NCBI RefSeq assembly: GCF_964213995.1 | Contig: NC_135830.1 | Location: forward strand, 4,650,001-4,714,000 | Origin: Mustelus asterias | Taxonomy: Eukaryota | Direction of reading: 5' to 3' | DNA length: 64,000 nt | Part shown: positions 61,666-64,000 of the stretch, piece by piece | Numbering within the stretch: position 1 is the first letter of the stretch | Layout of the letters: each line of letters starts with the position of its first letter | Notes under the pieces: generated by a model | Told to the model about the DNA's origin: nothing | Databases searched by the model: none | The model's input: only the letters and a program-made list of their open reading frames with translations | Position numbers and translations under genes: made by a program

Positions 61666-61793
61666 CTTCATCAGAGTGACTGCAGCGCTGTAGGACATGC
61701 TCAGGAAGAACAGGACGATGAATGTGGAAGCGGTTGTCCAGATGTTGCCGTTATAATCCACATTGTCTTCAATCCAGCTTGTGTTCGTGGAAT
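61666..61793 (-). CDS. IGH: Ig heavy chain TM1 exon (right gene), intact
   Basis: ctccatag|(D)STNTSWIEDNVDYNGNIWTTASTFIVLFFLSMSYSAAVTLMK|gtgaga; phase 1/0, 128 nt. Confidence 0.95.
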
Positions 61794-62276
61794 CTATGGA
61801 GTTGGCGAGGAGGAGACCGTTAACTCATTTGTTAATGCATGATGTCATACTGGTATTATCTTTTACCTTCGTTTTTAAATTGATTTTCTCACTTTTATAT
61901 TCGTTCAGGTATTATTTTGCTCTATAATGTCATCTTTAAAGTTTGTTTGTTAATAATCTAATCAGTTAACGCAACTTAAAATATATATCTGTCGTTAACT
62001 GATCATTCTCAGCAATATATCTATGTTACTAACTGCACCTCCGAGTTTATTTCATGTTCTATGTTTGAAAATATTATGCATTTTCTTCATTGTCAGACGC
62101 TCGTTTAGTCTGCTTTAATTTTGTACCGACTATCAGCAAATATATTCTGAAGACCAAGCGAGGGAAGTTAACTGAGCTGAGTTGAATAAATTAGGTCAAC
62201 ATTCTCTCGAATGTTGAAGAATGTGAGAAAATCCTCGTTGAAACACCAAACAATCGGAAGGGGTTTGACAGGGCAG

Positions 62277-62437
62277 TCACTGTTTCTGCTGGTCGGCGAA
62301 AGCAAAACAAAAAACGGGGATGCAGTCTTTTGATGTGTGAGCGTCGTTTAGGACTGAGATGAGGAGACTTTCTTTCAATCGTGGTTTTGAATCTTGGGAA
62401 TTCTTCACATTCGTTGGTTGGGGTAGGGTAGATGTAT
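62277..62437 (-). CDS. Candidate separate secretory-tail exon of the right IgH gene
   Basis: aaag|(D)TSTLPQPTNVKNSQDSKPRLKESLLISVLNDAHTSKDCIPVFCFAFADQQKQ*, phase 1. AATAAA at 62046-62051 (minus) lies before TM1. A decayed homolog sits at 3097-3223. The polypyrimidine tract is weak. Confidence 0.4.
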
Positions 62438-63299
62438 CTTTGATTTTTTTCAAGAAATCAAAGGATATGAGGAATGGATGGGAAATTGCAGTGAGACCCA
62501 ATATCCGACATTATTCTATTGAATGCTGAAGAATTGCACATTGCGTCTATGGTCTAGTCCTGAAAGAAAGTCTTATGTTCTTACGATTTACAATTTTTGA
62601 GAAAAATTCAGGTTACTACTGTGAAATATTATCCATGATGATCAGATGAGTTATATTTTTGGTTCGTTTGTGTTGGGCAAATTATTAATTTATCTAGGTT
62701 TCTGAAGGAAAACATGGTTCCGTCTTTGACAGACCAACATGTATTAGAATCAGGTTTTACAGAATGTGCCCATTAAAAATACACTTTGAATTAAATGCCA
62801 CCTATAGCCTGACGTTCCTGACTGCTTGGGCTTTAGTGTTTGCAATCGTAGGACTACAAAATGTGAAGGGGATTACAAGTTATTTTTAATAAGAAGAGAG
62901 TGTTGATTGGTTGGCAAATGGACTCCGATGGGTAGAGATTTTCCAAGGTGAATGTAGTAGCTAAATGTTGACTCAATGTTAACTACCATGTTTTGTTTAA
63001 ATTCAAACCAGGCAGCTTGACTCTGAGAAATGAACCTGAGCACGGCTGTCGCCTATTTTGTTCAGAGGAAAGACACAATGTGTGTACATGTTCTTTCTGT
63101 CTCAATAGAACAGGGCTCTGAGTTTCAATGTATGCAACTTTATGGCGTTAGGTGCGCCACACTCACCACTATCATTAATTGATATATGTTTGGTGGTCGT
63201 GTGAATGTCCTGCTGAGTGCAAGATGTCTGTGACATATCTCTTTGTTCAGTGATGCTCAAGTTCTGTTCTAACATACGGGAGTATGAAAGATAATGTAC

Positions 63300-64000
63300 A
63301 TGTTTATCTGAAAATGAGGTATATTATGTGCATTATTTGCCTTCATTAATAAGTGTACTTTGTAGTTATTCATCGCTATGCATGCACTTGTGTGCTAATG
63401 TGTCAGTTTTTATGTGTGCTTATCATTGTTAGCAAGTGAGTGTTTATCGGGTGCGTTTATGTATCAATGTCTATGCTTCTGTATTAATGTACCTAATGAG
63501 GTGGGCTGATATGATCATGTGTTAGTGCTTATGGTTATGGAACAATTTGTGTATCGCTGTGTAAGTGAGCATCTTAATGTTTCTGTCTTCATGTGTGCGC
63601 TTGATATTCTATGTACATGAATGTCTATATGTACGTGTTGGTGAATGTTAATGTATCTCGGTGTGCTAGGAGGTATCTTTACTTGTGTTTGTTTTCTTGT
63701 ATCTGCGAGCATGCTCATGTTTGTGTCTCTGTTTGGGTCTGTGAATGTATTAATACATGGTGGCTTGTATTTGCGAATGCCCGCATTTCTTGATGTACGT
63801 GCATGTGTGTCCATGTCTGTGTCACTTTATATGACAGTTTTAACATGAATGTGTTTGAATTCATGAGAGGGGATGGGTTATTAATATTATCGGCTGTGTT
63901 TGCTCCTGAGTCTGAGTGTGTTTGTGGAGATGTATTTGTCGGTGTATCTGTCTATTTGTATTCCTGTATCAGCATTTCTATTATTCCTGCAAGTTTAGGC
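63300..64000. repeat. Degenerate TG-rich low-complexity tract (CA-rich on the sense strand of the right IgH gene)
   Basis: Composition; positional mirror of 1668-3050. Confidence 0.75.

Overview
This is draft-assembly genomic DNA (four N gaps) from a cartilaginous fish, most likely a shark, judged from HE1-type SINEs, shark-type CR1 LINEs and chondrichthyan Ig TM exons. It appears to be part of a mixed immunoglobulin heavy chain (IgH) / T-cell receptor alpha-delta region. The 3' ends of two IgH genes face each other from the window edges: TM1+TM2 on + at 3.6-3.9 kb (1-nt deletion in TM1), and TM1 plus two TM2 exons on - at 61.0-61.8 kb. Each has a homologous, secretory-tail-like exon candidate upstream. 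Between them lie: (1) a ~4.3 kb, strand-skewed 66-bp minisatellite; (2) an intact two-exon GPR139-like GPCR gene (323 aa, minus); (3) a ~35 kb cluster of more than 25 mostly decayed tRNA genes built from duplicated cassettes, including two tRNA-Pro copies with an 18-nt insertion at the canonical intron site; (4) two defective TCR V-alpha/delta segments with leader exons and RSS; (5) two convergent CTCF-like sites; (6) many retroelement fragments (CR1, Rex1/Babar, Penelope-like with hammerhead-like cores, SINEs). All calls were made by eye. Repeat boundaries are approximate (about +/-10-30 nt), and Ig isotype and species cannot be fixed without alignment.
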